Shown piece by piece: positions 1 through 12,967 of a DNA stretch of 64,000 nucleotides (its first letter is position 1; every line of letters starts with the position of its first letter). The translations under genes and the position numbers were made by a program. Below the pieces are notes generated by a model. That model was not told the origin of the DNA and did not search any database. It saw only the letters and a list, made by a program, of their open reading frames with translations. The DNA is from Peribolospora baueri. Lineage: Eukaryota. The stretch lies in contig JAMDHS010000020.1 of NCBI GenBank assembly GCA_029717555.1, positions 186,001-250,000 of the forward strand, written 5' to 3'.

Positions 1-98
1 TGCCCTTCTTCTCTCCCGCGTCCAGGCAGGCGGCGGTCAGTCCAGTCCGCTGAGCCATAAGCAACAGCGCCGCACCCAGGGGGAGCCGTCCTCCTGGG

Positions 99-104
99 TA
101 TAAA
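99..104 (+). promoter_or_regulatory. Candidate TATA box of the P-type ATPase
   Basis: TATAAA in a GC-rich context ~190 bp upstream of ATG 290, followed by a CT-rich tract. Confidence 0.3.
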
Positions 105-289
105 GACCGATGTGTGGTGCAGAAGGCCGTCTCCTCATCACCCCTTCGTAGCCGCCTCGCTCGCTTCTTTTCATCTCACGTCTTTCACACCCTGCCCCGC
201 TTTCGCCTCCTAGCTTGACCTGACTTTGGCCCTGGCCTCCGCTCTCAACCACATTCTGCCCTTAAAATTCCGCGGCTTGGTCGCCAAAT

Positions 290-3200
290 ATGTCTTGCCC
301 CCGCGACGTTGAGCAAGGCGAGAACGGACAAAGGTCCGTCTCTGTGGATGGTCGCCGCTCTAGCGATGGTCGGAACGAGGGCCTCGCTTCGCCAGACCTC
401 ATGGACGACGACAGATATGCGCGCGACGACATGGCGGCTTATGGGTCTGATTCTATCGACGATGATACCAAGACGCGATCCTCGGCGTGCGTCGAGAGAA
501 CGGAGGACGGCCAGTCAACGATGGAGAAGGAGCTCTTCGAGCGCCTCTCTTGCGCGGACACGGACGACGAAAAGGACTTTGAGCGCTCTCGCGGCCGCCC
601 CAAAGCTCGCCAGTCCGCTTCGGCCAAGAGAGCCACCTTCCGTCGCCGTCTCGCCCTCGAGCGCTCTAAGCACTTTCCCCACTCTGCCACGTTCCATTCT
701 CTCCATCGCACGCAGCCGCGCATACCCAATGTCGCCGAAGAGGGCTTTCTCCAGGAGCGTAGACGGCAGCTCGAGCACACCCACAGCTTCGACTCCCGCG
801 TGCCCGTCGAGCCCAGCGTTCGGATGCCCGTCGAGTTCAGGACGCTCAGCCTCCACGTAGAGGAGACCATCGAACACAAGACGAAGGCTATAGAGAACAA
901 GAAGAAGAAGAAGAAGGCCAAGGACATCAAGGGTAACGCATCTCGTCTACGCTTGCTCCATCACGATCCGAGCCGCCTCAGGCTCTGACACCGCCTGACC
1001 TTTTCCTTCCTTCCGCTCCTCACTCCACCGTACTCATCTCCCTCTTGCCAGACGTCGCCGATCTCGACTTTCACCGCCTTCCCGCCGACGAGCTCCTTCG
1101 CCGCCTCGGCGTCTCTCCACACACCGGCCTCGACCCGGAACAAGTGAAGCGGAGGATGGACTGCGACGGCAAGAACGTCATCTCGCCTCCGCCCAAACGG
1201 TGGCTGAGGAAGATTGTGGGATGGATCTTTGGAGGGTTCGGAACGCTTCTCCTCGGCGCTTCTGTCATGTGAGCGCGGCCTTTGGTGATATATCCTGGCG
1301 GTGTGCGGCCTTGGTGATGTACCCTGGCGGTGGTGTGAAGACGAATTCATGCGCTTCATTTCCGGTCTCATTTCGTTTCCGCCGTTTTTCTTCCCCTCCG
1401 TCGCCGTCCTCACTTCTAGTTGTTTTCTCACCTGGTGGGTCGCCATCTGGCACAAACCTTGTATGTTTCGACGCGCTTCACACCCTAGGTAACACTTTCT
1501 CCCTCAACACAGGAAACCCCTCGGAGGGCCAAGCCCGCAGCCATCCAACCTCGCCCTCGCCGTTGTGCTCCTCATCGTCGTCCTGTTGCAAACCTTCTTC
1601 AACGCGTACCAAAGCTGGAGCACGAGCAAAGTCATGAGCTCCATCAGGTTCGTCGGCCTCGATTCTGCTCGTCGGAGCGTGCCCCGTGACATGACACGTT
1701 TCTGCTCGATCCCCCCTTCAGCGGCATGCTCCCTTCGACCGTCATCGCCCGCCGCGCCAGCGTTCAGACCGCGGTTCCCTCCGCACAGTTGGTCGTAGGC
1801 GACATCGTCCACATCGCGATGGGTGCCAAAATACCGGCCGACCTGCGCCTGATCGAATGCTCGAACGACCTCCGCTTCGACCGCGCCGTGCTCACTGGGG
1901 AGAGCGAGCCAGTTCCAGGCACTGTCGACGCCACCGATGACAATTTCTTGGAGACCAAGAACATAGCCCTGCAGGCGAGCATGCGGGGTCGAGAGCTAGG
2001 AGTTTGGGGGGCGATCGCTGAAGGCTGCTCACACAGCCTCTGCTTGTGCTGGCTGTGCGTTCTTGTTGTTCTTGTTGTTGGACTCTATCGGCGGCGCATA
2101 GGGCACGCATTGCGTCCCAGGTGCCGGCGTCGGCGTCGTCGTCCTCACCGGCGACTCTACCCTATTCGGCCGCATCGCCAAGATGGCTGCTCAGGAACAT
2201 GGACATCGAACGACGTTGGAGAAGGAAATCTTGCGCTTCGTCCTCATCATCACCTCCATGGCCGTCACTGTCGCATTGCTCGTTCTCATCCTGTGGGCAG
2301 CATGGTTGAGGGTCGATCATCCCGGGTACTTGAGTGTCTCGGCCATGCTCGTCGACTTGGTCTCCGTCCTCGTCGCTTTCATCCCTGGTGAGTCACATGC
2401 GTCGTCCTCACTTGGCCTCCGCATTTGTTTCTCGTCTCTCACGTTTGCCTTTCCTCGCCTTTCACTTGCATGGACCACTTCAGTGGGTCTTCCGATCGCC
2501 GTGACGCTTTCGCTGACCGTCATCGCCAACGCGATGAGGAAGAACAAAGTCTTGTGCAAATCCCTCTCTACCGTAGAGACGCTCGGCAGCGTCAACGTCC
2601 TGTGTAGCGACAAGACCGGCACACTCACTCAGAACAAGATGCTCGTCGAAGGTGCGGAAAAAGGAGGGCTTCGTGTGTTGTCATCCCCTTTCCGTTTGAG
2701 AGCGGTGGTGTGCTGACGCCGTGTCGAATCGACGTGGCTCGTTCAGGTGCCGCCATCCTAGACCAGACTTTCACCGTCGCCGGTCTGCGGGACCAAGTGA
2801 GAGAGGGCGGTCTACGCTCCCAGGCCGTCCGTCAGCTCCACACGGTCGCCGCCGTCTGCAACGCCGCTCGCTTCGACTCGTCAACGGACGACGGGCGGCC
2901 GCTCGCGAAACGCAAGATCCTCGGCGACGCGACGGACAGCGCTATCCTCCGTATGGCAGAGGAAGTGGAGAGCGTGTCCGAAATGATCGGGAAATGGGAA
3001 AAAGTGTTCGAGGTGAGCTCGTGTGTCAAGTTTGTGTGCGTCCGAAGCGAAGCATACACAGCGATCTGGCGCCCTCGCTTAACAACCATATCTGCTCTCG
3101 TGCAAAAGCTCCCGTTCAATTCCAAGAACAAGTTCATGCTCAAGCTCGCGGCCCCTGCGGTGAGGGATGCCGATGTCGGTGACGATAGTCGGTCGGATGG

Positions 3201-5359
3201 TTTGATCCTGTTCGCCAAGGGCGCTCCGGACGTTCTGCTACCCCGCTGCAGCTCCGCGCTGACAGCAGACGGCACAGTGACCCGCCTGGATGAGACCGTT
3301 TCGTCCACCATCGTCGGTCTGCAGGAAGAATGGGCCCTCAGCGGCCGGCGCGTCCTTCTTCTGGCTAAGAAACACGTCCGGGATGACGAGATCGCCTACG
3401 CCCGAGATAGCGGCCGCGCGGAAGCGGTGATGGAGCTCAACTCTGGTCTGACCGTCGTTGGGCTCGTCGCCATAGTCGATCCGCCGAGGCCGGAGGTGAG
3501 ATGGACGTTCGGGGGGCTTGCTCAACGTTTGATTTGCTCGGCTCCTGACAAGGTTTCGCGCTTGTTTCGCGTCACGCTTGAGCAGATCCCCAGGGTGATC
3601 GCCACCTGTCGACGCGCCGGCGTCCATTTTAACATGGTCACCGGCGACTTTGCGCTCACGGCCGTCGCCATCGCGCGCCAGTGCGGCATCGTAACGGCAT
3701 CAAAGGTGTCCACCGCGGCTGACTTGGACCCGAACAGACCGGTGGATCAGGTGGACAGGTACGACCCTTATGCCGACAATGACGCTCGAGAGGAACGCGC
3801 TTTGGCCGTGCTCGGCAGCGAACTGGCGACGTTTAACGAGAACCAGTGGGACCAGGTGTGCAACTACGACGCGGTCGTGTTCTCGAGGACGACGCCGGAG
3901 CAAAAGCTTCGGATCGTCAAAGAGTTCCAGGCTCGCGGAGGCGTCGTGGGCATGACGGGTGATGGCGGTGAGACAGACATACGTTTTTTTTTTCGGCTCG
4001 TCACGCGCTCACCCACAGCTTGGCATGTCATCGTCGGCTAGTGAACGACGCGCCTTCCCTCAAACAAGCGGATGTCGGCGTAGCGATGGGTGGTGGTTCT
4101 GAAGTGACAATGGTAAGGTCGCTTTCACCTCGAGTTTGCCCTGTGTCAAGCGTTCACTTTACTCACGAGAGCGGGATCGGCTGAATTCTAGGAAGCGTCG
4201 GACATGGTCCTTCTCGAGAACTTTGGTTCGATCGTCGTGGCTTTGGAGTACGGCGTGAGGATTTTTTTTTTCTGACCGACGGTGTCTGGAGACGTCAACC
4301 TTCTAAATTGTCGACTGCTCATCACCTTTCTCGTCTCCCACATCCTCCTAGCGCCTTTGCTTCGACAATCTCAAAAAGACGATCCTGTATCTGCTCCCGG
4401 CCGGCAGCTTCGCCGAGCTGTGGTGCGTGCTGATCAGCGTCCTCTTCGGCGTCCCTCAAGCGATGAGCAACTTGCAGATGATCATCGTCTGCGTCGGAAC
4501 AGACCTATTCCCGTCGCTGTCGCTGATCAAGGAGAAACCCGAAGCGGACCTTCTCACCCGTCGGCCTCGTAACGTCAAAAAAGACCGGTTGGCCGACTGG
4601 AAACTGCTGGTGCACGCGTACATTTTCGTCGGCGTTCCCATGACGCTGTGCTCCATGGCGATGGTCTTCTGGTACCTCGAGCGGCAGGGCATTCCGTTCT
4701 CCGACATGTGGCTCAAGTTTGGAGGAGGCCACGTCCAGACGGTCGATCCGACCTATTTCAACGACAAGGTAAACGAGGCGCAGTCGATCTATTTCTTCAG
4801 TGAGCAATCTGTCCACTTTTTTCGCTCCTTCGTTTGTTAGGCGGGGCTGACCGTCGGGCGGCGTGCAGACCTTGTCGTCATGCAATGGTTCAACCTTTTA
4901 GCCCTCCGCACCCGACGGCTATCCATTTTCCAACAGCCCCCGATCGGCAAGCGAAGCAGCAGGAACGTTTTCCTCTTTGGCGCGATGGCCATCGCGTTCT
5001 GCATCGCCGTGTTTTTCTGCTACGTACCTTTTTTTCAGGTGAGCGGAAGGAACGAAGGAAGGAGGTGACGCAGGCAGCACCCGGTTCCAACTTGGAGCGG
5101 GCCGGGGTTTTCCTGATACGATCCGCATACCATTCATTGCAGAAAACATTTTTGACGAGTCGCATTCCCGTGGAGGTGAGGCATGCTAGCGCTCCCAAGT
5201 CAAAAGTCGCGCGCCTGACCTGACTGTTGGACTTGGTGTCGTCTCCAGAACTTCTTCCTGCCCATGGCCTTTGGTACCTGTCTCCTGTTCCTGGACGAGG
5301 TGCGCAAATTCTTCGTCCGTCGTTACCCCAAGGGTCCACTGGCCAAGGCAGCCTGGTGA
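290..5359 (+). CDS. P-type ATPase, fungal Na+/K+-ATPase-related (ACU-type) alpha subunit; multi-exon
   Basis: Spliced exons give TGESEP (~1893), CSDKTGTLT (~2602-2630), KGAPD, DPPR, MVTGD, TGDG|VNDAPSLKQADVG, YG|RLCFDNLKK and TM5 LYLLPAGSF. C-terminus is KGPLAKAAW* (TGA 5357-5359). Example introns: 933-1051, 1975-2101 (GC-AG), 2388-2483. Confidence 0.93.
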
Positions 5360-6456
5360 GATCATCTCGGTGTACTAGAAAATTTCCGTCGGTACATGTT
5401 TGGCGAACGCTGTTAAGAAGAAAATAAAGTCGTAGGAACGGGCGGGCCCACGCCGGGGTTCTGAAGTTGAGCGAGCATGTGTGAATAAGAGAGAGGCAGT
5501 GAGGAAGACGTGGCCGGGCGAGAGGGAAGAGAGGGTGTTGTCGACCGCTGGTCGGTCCGTCCCACTCCGCCGGTCCTGACGACGGTGGTATTATTTGTAT
5601 TGCTCCGGTTTGGCTGGCTGGCGCGCTAGGTGGAAGCTGCCTCAACCTCCGTGCGTTCCCCTCGTCGATCGACCCGCTCGATTGACTGGCCAGCGATCGC
5701 CGTTCGCTACTACCACCAACAACTACTTTTACCCTGCCCATCGCCTCGCCCGTCTTCATCTCATCTCATCTCATTTCGTCATTGTCATCGTCATTGCCGT
5801 CGCCATCGCTGCTGTGTTCCACTGACTGCTCCTTTCTTTCTGCCCATCCATCGCATCGCTTCTCCTTTCCTCCCGCTTCCCCCCGGCCGATCACTTTCGG
5901 CGCTGCTGCGGCAGGCCCGGGCCACACTCGCGGACGCCGGCCTGTCGAGTCCGTGCGAGGAAGCCCCTGAGCGAGGCGGAGCGGAGCATCGAGAGGAGAG
6001 GAGAGGAGAGGAGGGGAAAATAACGAAGAGCTGAGCTGGCGAGTTGATTGCTTACTGAACGACGACGACGGACGACGGTCACGGCCACGATTAAGGTCAC
6101 GGTCAAGGTCACGGTCAAGGTCGGGACTTGGACTGGACGAGGCCCGCTTGGGAATCGCGACTCGACATCGTCTGCCCACCGCCTCGCCTCGCCTCGCCTT
6201 GGTCGCTAGCCCCTTGTATACTTGGACTTGCTCGTCCGCGCACGGCCCGGCCTCCGCTGCCCTCTTCCTTTCTCTCACGACCTCGAACGACAACGACCCG
6301 TGTGGACGACCTGGAACGATAACCATCTCACGACCTCGGCACGTCTTTCGTCTCGCTCCGATCCTTGCTTGGGCAAACAAAGGGATAGCCCTCCGCTTCA
6401 TGAGCATACCACGCCCATCACGCCCACGCCCACGCCCACGCCCTCCGCAAACCGAC

Positions 6457-9400
6457 ATGGGCTGGCTGCCGCGACGGACGGCGCACAAGTCGAGACGGGC
6501 CAGCGCCTTGTCGCTCTCGCTCCTCCTCGCTCTCGTAGCCCCGGCCACTCTCCTGAGCCCCGTGGAGGCGGCCGAGTCCAGCTACACGCCGGTACCAAGG
6601 TGAGCGACCGACGGCGCACCGGTGCTCTCGCTCGTCAGACACCCCGAGGAAGCGCCACCGAGACGTCCTTCTCACACGCCCTCCCATCTCTTCATCGCCG
6701 TTTCCATGACGCATTCAGATGGGGACACGCATCCACCCTCCTTTCCAACGCCATGCTTGTCCATGGCGGCAAGACCGCCGGCACCGGCGGTTACACCTAC
6801 ACTTCCGCTCCCAATACCGGCGATCTCCTCTCTCTCGATCTCACTCAGCCCTTTTCCGTCTCCTCCCCTCCGTGGAAGCTCGTCTCCCTTTCCGATCCAC
6901 TTTCGGCCTCTGCAATGGCACCCCCCACACCCAGCGTTGCCTTTCACACCCTTACCCCCCTCTCCGCGACCGAGCTCCTGCTCTTCGGAGGAGACTCTAC
7001 CGGCTCGGAGCCCGTTCAAACGAACAATGACTCCGCCTGGCTCCTCTCTCTCACCACCACCTCCTCTTCCTCCTCGTCCCTACAACCCAACTGGACCCAG
7101 CCTGTGACGGGCTGGGACGGGGAGCCGATCCGTCGAATGGGTCACACCGCCGTAGCGAGTAATGGCAGGGTGTGGTACATGGGCGGAGAGAAGGACGACG
7201 GCAGCGGCGCCGTCTGGGCCGACACGTACAGCTTCGACACCCGCTCCGCCTCTGCCCTCGCCTCCGCCTCTTTCCAAACCAACGCGCCCGCCCCGAGCCC
7301 TATATGGGGACACACGGCGACGCTCTTCAGCACGGGCATCGTATACGTCCTCGGAGGCGTGGGCCCGACGGGCCTTAACTCGCTCGACACTGTGAAAGTG
7401 TACGACACGCTCACAGATACTTGGACATCCGTCCCCTGCTCCGGGTCCGCCCCATCACCTCGAAGGAATCACGTCGCCGTCGCTCTTCCCGGCGACAAGA
7501 TCCTCGTCCACGGCGGCGCGGACCAGGCCGGCACGACGGCGTACGCAGACATGGCCGTCCTCGACACAAAGTCCAACCCGCCCACGTGGTCCACGCTCAA
7601 CGCCTCGGCCGGCGGCCCCGGGCCCGGGCCCGTCTACTCTCACTCGGCCGTCGCCTTGGGTCAGCGCGTCGTCTTCGCCTTTGGATACGCCAACTCGGTC
7701 CCCGCTCCAGCCGACGTGTTCGTGTACGACGCTCAGTCGGACGCTTGGTCCGCGACATACGTCCCTGACCTGTCGTCTTCCGCCGGTGATGCCGGCGGCG
7801 ACAACGGCTCTGGCTCATCGTCAGGCTCCCCTGCCGGCGTGCCTACCCCGACAGGGACGCCTTCGGGCACGTCTGGAGAATTACCCGGTGGCACGGCTTC
7901 CAGCTTCTCGGGCTCGGGCGACAGTACGTCGACGGGCGCCAAAGCGGGCGCGACGGTCGGCGCGATCGTCGCTCTGGGCCTCGTCGCTGGCGCGGGGTAC
8001 TTCTACTACACCCGCCACCTTCACCGGGGGGGTGCGAGGGACGGCGCGTTTGGGTGGAAGCGAAGCGGCGGAGAGGGCGCGGTGGGATTGATCGGTGGAC
8101 GTGGCGGCGTGGACGGCGGGGAGGGGCGGGAGGACGATTACGATTACGGCTCCACCCTCGAGAAGGGCCTGGGCATGGCCGCGCTCGGCATCGGCAGGCC
8201 CCGCGGCGTCAAGAGGCCGTGGGCAACGTCGAACGCGGCGGCTGCCTCTCCCGTCGGTCGAGGTCGAGGATCGCCGAAAGTGATGCGCGAGCGTCTCGTC
8301 GCCTTCCTCCCCGTTGCGGCGGGCGCCTTCCGCGCCGGAGGCTCCAAACAACCTCGCTTCGACATGCTGGCGGATGAAGACGAAGACGAGAACGACGAGG
8401 ACGGCGTGCACGGCGCCTGGGGACGCCGGACCGCGTCGGGACGAGGGCGCGTCGCGACGAGCTTGGATTTGGACGAGCAGCGCGACGCGGAGGCCATGGG
8501 CGGATGGCGGTCGGGACGACTAGGTTCGACGGATGGTGGTGGTGGTGGAGGCGAGCACGTGTATGGGAGGTTGAACGGATATGACGATCCCTTCGATGAC
8601 CAGCACGACGGAGGCAGCAGCGTCGTGGGCTTCGACACGTCTCGCGACGAGGCCGTGTACGCCGCCGCCGAGGCGAGTGGGTCTAGCGTTCAACTCGTGC
8701 CCGCGGCGGCGGTCGGGTGGAGAGGCGGGAGCAAGCGCAAGGCGCCGCCGGCTTTTGAGGAAGGAGACGACGATGACGACGCCTCTGCGGCCTCCTTCTC
8801 GTCCGAGGCGGCGCTTTCGGAGACCGAGGGCCGACGCACGCCCGCGCCCGCTCTCGTCCCGACGGAGGAGAGCGGGACTTCGACTACGCTCACCGTCGGT
8901 CAGACGAGCGTCGGCAGCGAAGGAGGAGGATCGCCGCTGAAGCGCTCGCCGGGCTTTGTTTCATTTTCCGATGCCTCGCCCAAGATCAGGCGCTCTAGCT
9001 CCTCCTTCTCGTCCAACCTGGCCGCCACGGCCATCCTCTCCCCTCCTCCGCTCGGCACCTCCATCTCCACGCCCAACCCCATGATTCGAAGATCCGGCAC
9101 GTGGTGGGATCGGTTCTTGTCCAGCTCCTTCCTCGAGCGCACCACCTCTGGTCAGCTACGCCCCGGCCCGCGAGCCAGCGAGCCCATCCGAGATCCTGCG
9201 CCCGCTCCGACGCTCGCGCCCGTTGCCGAAGCCGGCTCGTCCCCGTCGTCTCCTGAGGACAGTCAGTTCTCCAACCCTCATCCTCACGCCGAGGACTTTG
9301 CCAGATCGTCGCGCGAGGACGGGTTCCGCGACGGCAGATCGACGGCGGAGAAGGACGATGTGGCGAGACGAAGAAGCGGCGGCGGCGGCGGCGATCCGCT

Positions 9401-10340
9401 ACGCTCCGCCGGTGCGCACGGCCGGTCTCTGTCAAGTCTGCAGAGCGCGAGGACGGCGACGAGCAGCCAGCTGGAGGATCGGGTGCGGACGATGGACGTG
9501 GTGCAACGGATGCCCACGGCCAGCAGCAGCATTGGAAGCAGCCATGTCATCGAGAGTCCTGATTGCGAGTCGTTTGATGAGCACGATCACGCGATGGAGG
9601 ATGGCCGATGGAATGCGTCCGGACGTCCTCTGCTTTCCTCCCCATCGACCGTCGCTTCTCCGCCGTCGCCTTCGGTTTATGCGCCCACGCCTTCCATCAC
9701 CGCACTGTCCCCTTCCTCCACATCGGCAGGGCTGCTAAGGAGTCCGGAGGGAGAGGTGGTGTGGGACGGTCCGGCCATGATGTCCAGTCTGGCCGCTTTG
9801 ATGGAGGAGCCGGCAGAGATGTCCCCCGTGGATGTAGATGGCGGCGATCCTGCCGAGCCGACGTTCTCGCCCACGAACCTTTGGTCGTGGTCTCGACCGA
9901 AGGACGGAGGGGAAGCGGCCGGTTTTGATGGTCCGACTTCGACCGTGTCGTCGCCGGCTCGGCCTCGACCGACATCGACATCGACGGGGAGGAGGGTGCT
10001 GGATCGCGTGCGTGAGATTGAGCAGCGGCAGTCATTGCTCTCCGACCGGGCCTACCCCTCCCCAGAGTCGGCGTACGCGGCGAGCCCGTCTCGCCTTGCG
10101 CTCGCCCGCGTCAGCATCCCCACCTCCCCCTCCTCCTCTCCCGCGTCGTCCCGACCGGCCTTCTCAGCCTTGGCCTCCCCGGCGTCCGCTGTCGGCGTGT
10201 CCAGCCCGTCGTCAGGCGTCGGTATGGAGAGCACGCTAAGCCCGGCGACGAGGAGCAAGTACCGGCACGGCCTCGTGCCCAAGCCGACGCTCTTCGTCGC
10301 CAACCCTGACGAGCGCCGTTCGTCTTCGACCTCCACCTAA
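6457..10340 (+). CDS. Type I membrane protein: signal peptide, Kelch/galactose-oxidase-like beta-propeller, one TM helix, long disordered cytoplasmic tail
   Basis: Exon 1 (6457-6599) encodes a hydrophobic signal. Intron 6600-6718 joins PVPR|WGHA. Repeated Kelch motifs: HGG, FGG, MGG, LGG, R-x-x-H. TM segment ATVGAIVALGLVAGAGYFYY. Tail ends KPTLFVANPD...*. Confidence 0.85.
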
Positions 10341-11603
10341 GCCGTTTCGCCTTTTGCTCTTTCCTTGGGTCTGTTCCTTCTATTTCCGTTCGTCCTCTCT
10401 CTCCCTTTCAGCTGGCGAGTCGCTCGGCTCGGTTCAGCTCCAAACGGTTCCTGAGTGATCCTCTTCGATAGATATTTATTGGCGTCCCTATTTCCCCCAT
10501 CCGCGTTCTCCTTTCGTTTACACATGATACGCGCACTTTTGAGCCCATTCGCATCACTTCTATTTCTCCCATCCCGCTTTCCGCCCTTTTGTTTTGGTTG
10601 TCCTCTCTCTCTCTTTCGCATCCTCGCGCTGTACTCGAACCCGTCGCCCGATGTCCGCTTTATCCTTGCGCCTCTCTCAGCTTTGGACGATACCTACCTC
10701 CCCATGTCTTCTCTGTTCCTCTGTCCGCGTCCACATACGTGTTTCTACTCCGCCCGCCCGTCTGTCTGTCCGCGATCCCCTTTGCCAGTCATGTCTTATC
10801 TCGTTCCTTCCTTTGCGGGGCATGCCAGCTCCATCGTCGTCGTCGTCGGCGTCGTCGTCGTCTTCGTCGTCGTCTTCTTCTTCGTCATCGCGAACAATTT
10901 GTTTCTGTTTCATTCGTCCGTCGGAAGAGAGCGTGGGGTCCGGCGAACGCAGGAACGGAGGTGGGTCGTCGTGCACATCGTTCCTTCGTCATTTATTATG
11001 GAGCGGTGTGCCTGTGCCTGCCGACGACGGCGTCGTCCTAACTACAGCATTCGAGAGTATGTATGTGCGCACAGCCTCCCGTCGGCCAACGGCATTGGAA
11101 GGAGGCGTCGAGGCGTGCACAGCCTTGTGTGCCGCACGGAAGGAAGACCGAACTGGTGTTATTGTGCTCATCCACTTCTATGGGGTGCTCGAGATGGCCC
11201 AAAGCGGTGCAGGCTATCCGCTTCCGCGCTCAAGCTGGTGGTTCGCACCTGCGCCCGACGCCGACAACGCCGACTTGTTGCGCCCCGCGGATGAAGGACC
11301 GACTGACAGCTCTGTGCGACCGTCGCACAACCGCCGGCTCCGCATTTCCGCCGTCCGCAAAGCTTGATTTGAAATCTTTCACCATCTCTTCTCCTATCAC
11401 CATCTCTTTTCCTTTCTTCTTTTTCGGCCCTCGACTCCATTCCGTCATCGCTCCTTCTTGCACAGGTACCTTACATATACCTTGCACCACTCCGCTCTCG
11501 CCTCCCGCTCATTTATCCCCTTTCCCCATCTCCCCTCTCTCCCAGGCCAGCCGGCTCGCTCGCTCGTACGACCCTCCCATCGTCCACCAACCCTTCCAGC
11601 ATC

Positions 11604-12637
11604 ATGGCCCGCGTCTTCTGCATCCCAGGCATCGTCCTCCTCTCCGTAGCCACCATGCTCCTCCTTCTCTCCTCCATCTCCCTCCCCGTCCAGCCCGCTT
11701 TCGACCTCGTCTCCGCCGACTTTGGAAGCAATCTCAACAAGTCCACCACCCCCAATGGGCTCCCGACCATGCAGAGTCTGAGGGTGAGTGAGCGGGCCGG
11801 ATGGCACCAGGAAGGAGGATGATCATGACGAGGGACGGAGAGCGTCGTTCGTGCCAGCGCTGTGGACGATGATGGCGCAGTCGTTGTCCACCAGCGCTGA
11901 GGTCCTCATCCGTGCGTTACATCTTCCCCCATCAGCTCGGCATCTGGGGCTACTGCTATCAAAAGGTCGGCTCCAGTGACTGGACCTGCAGGAATGAAGG
12001 TGTCGGTTATGATTTCCGTGCGTCGCCCCTTCTCCTCCCCCCTTCCTCTGCTGGGATGTAAAGCTCACGTCGGCCGCACCTCCCCGCTTGGTATCCACGT
12101 AGAAATGTTTGACCCGACGGGCAACAACTCCCACACGATCCAGGCCAGCTGGACGCGCGGCACGGTCATTACCGTCGTCGGTGAGTGCCATTCTCCGGAT
12201 CGAAGAAAGAAGGGAAGCCCTGTCGCCGTCCCGTCAACCCGCGCTCACCTCGCCCGGCTCACCGCCTCCCTCCAGCTCTGGCCGCGACGGTGATCGCGTT
12301 CGCACTCTCCTTCTCCGAGCATGTCTTTGTCACCCTCCTATCCTCCCTAACCTCCTTCTTCGCCGCCCTCGTCACCCTGCTCGCCTTCATCATCGACATC
12401 GTCCTCTTCGTCTACGCTCGCCACGAGATTCAAGCCACTACTATCGCCAACGTCCACGCAGGCTCCGCCTTCTGGATGACCCTCGCCGCCTTTATCCTTC
12501 TCCTCCTCGCCGGTTGTACTGTCTGCTTCGGCAGGAGGCAGGACAAGAGGTCTAGGGGAAGCGGTGCCTACGCCCAGGACAACTACCCGCTCAAGCGCTC
12601 CCGACAGAGGGTCCTCGAGGCCTTCCGAAGGAACTGA
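11604..12637 (+). CDS. SUR7/PalI (Rim9-like) family tetraspan membrane protein; multi-exon
   Basis: N-terminal TM ending SISLP, then spliced LGIWGYC, then three more TM helices (LAFIIDIVLF, GSAFWMTL) and a short basic tail. Confidence 0.85.
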
Positions 12638-12967
12638 GCCAGTTCGTCGTTTCTTCATCCCCAAAGTCCGACGTCTTCTCGCGCCGTGCCGCTCCGTTCT
12701 TCCTCCTCTATTCCCTGACCGAGTCTCTAGCGGCCACTCTTGGCCCCCGTGCGTGACTGGCGCCTTGGCTGCGACCGAACTATCCCACTTAGCGACCGCC
12801 GAGATACCCGGAACGAATAGCTGCGCTCTCGAGAAAGAGCCGACGACGCACGTTCACATACCCCCTCCCCTCATTTCCACACCTCTGTCTGCATCGTCCG
12901 TCGTCCCGCACAAACAACAAATAAAAATGTAATGCTACCTCCGCGACCGTATAATCAGATGATTACA

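Noticed and set aside
6093..6125. AGGTCA/CGGTCA tandem repeats resembling nuclear-receptor half sites
   Set aside because: Fungi lack nuclear receptors. This fits the abundant short hexamer slippage repeats in this genome.
6222..6718. N-terminus of the 1372-aa ORF
   Set aside because: It reads through 5'UTR and intron 6600-6718. The signal peptide is in another frame starting at 6457.
10455..11367. Overlapping 150-280-aa ORFs between the Kelch gene and PalI
   Set aside because: Low-complexity UTR/promoter sequence ((GTC)n, CT-rich) with no domain signal.
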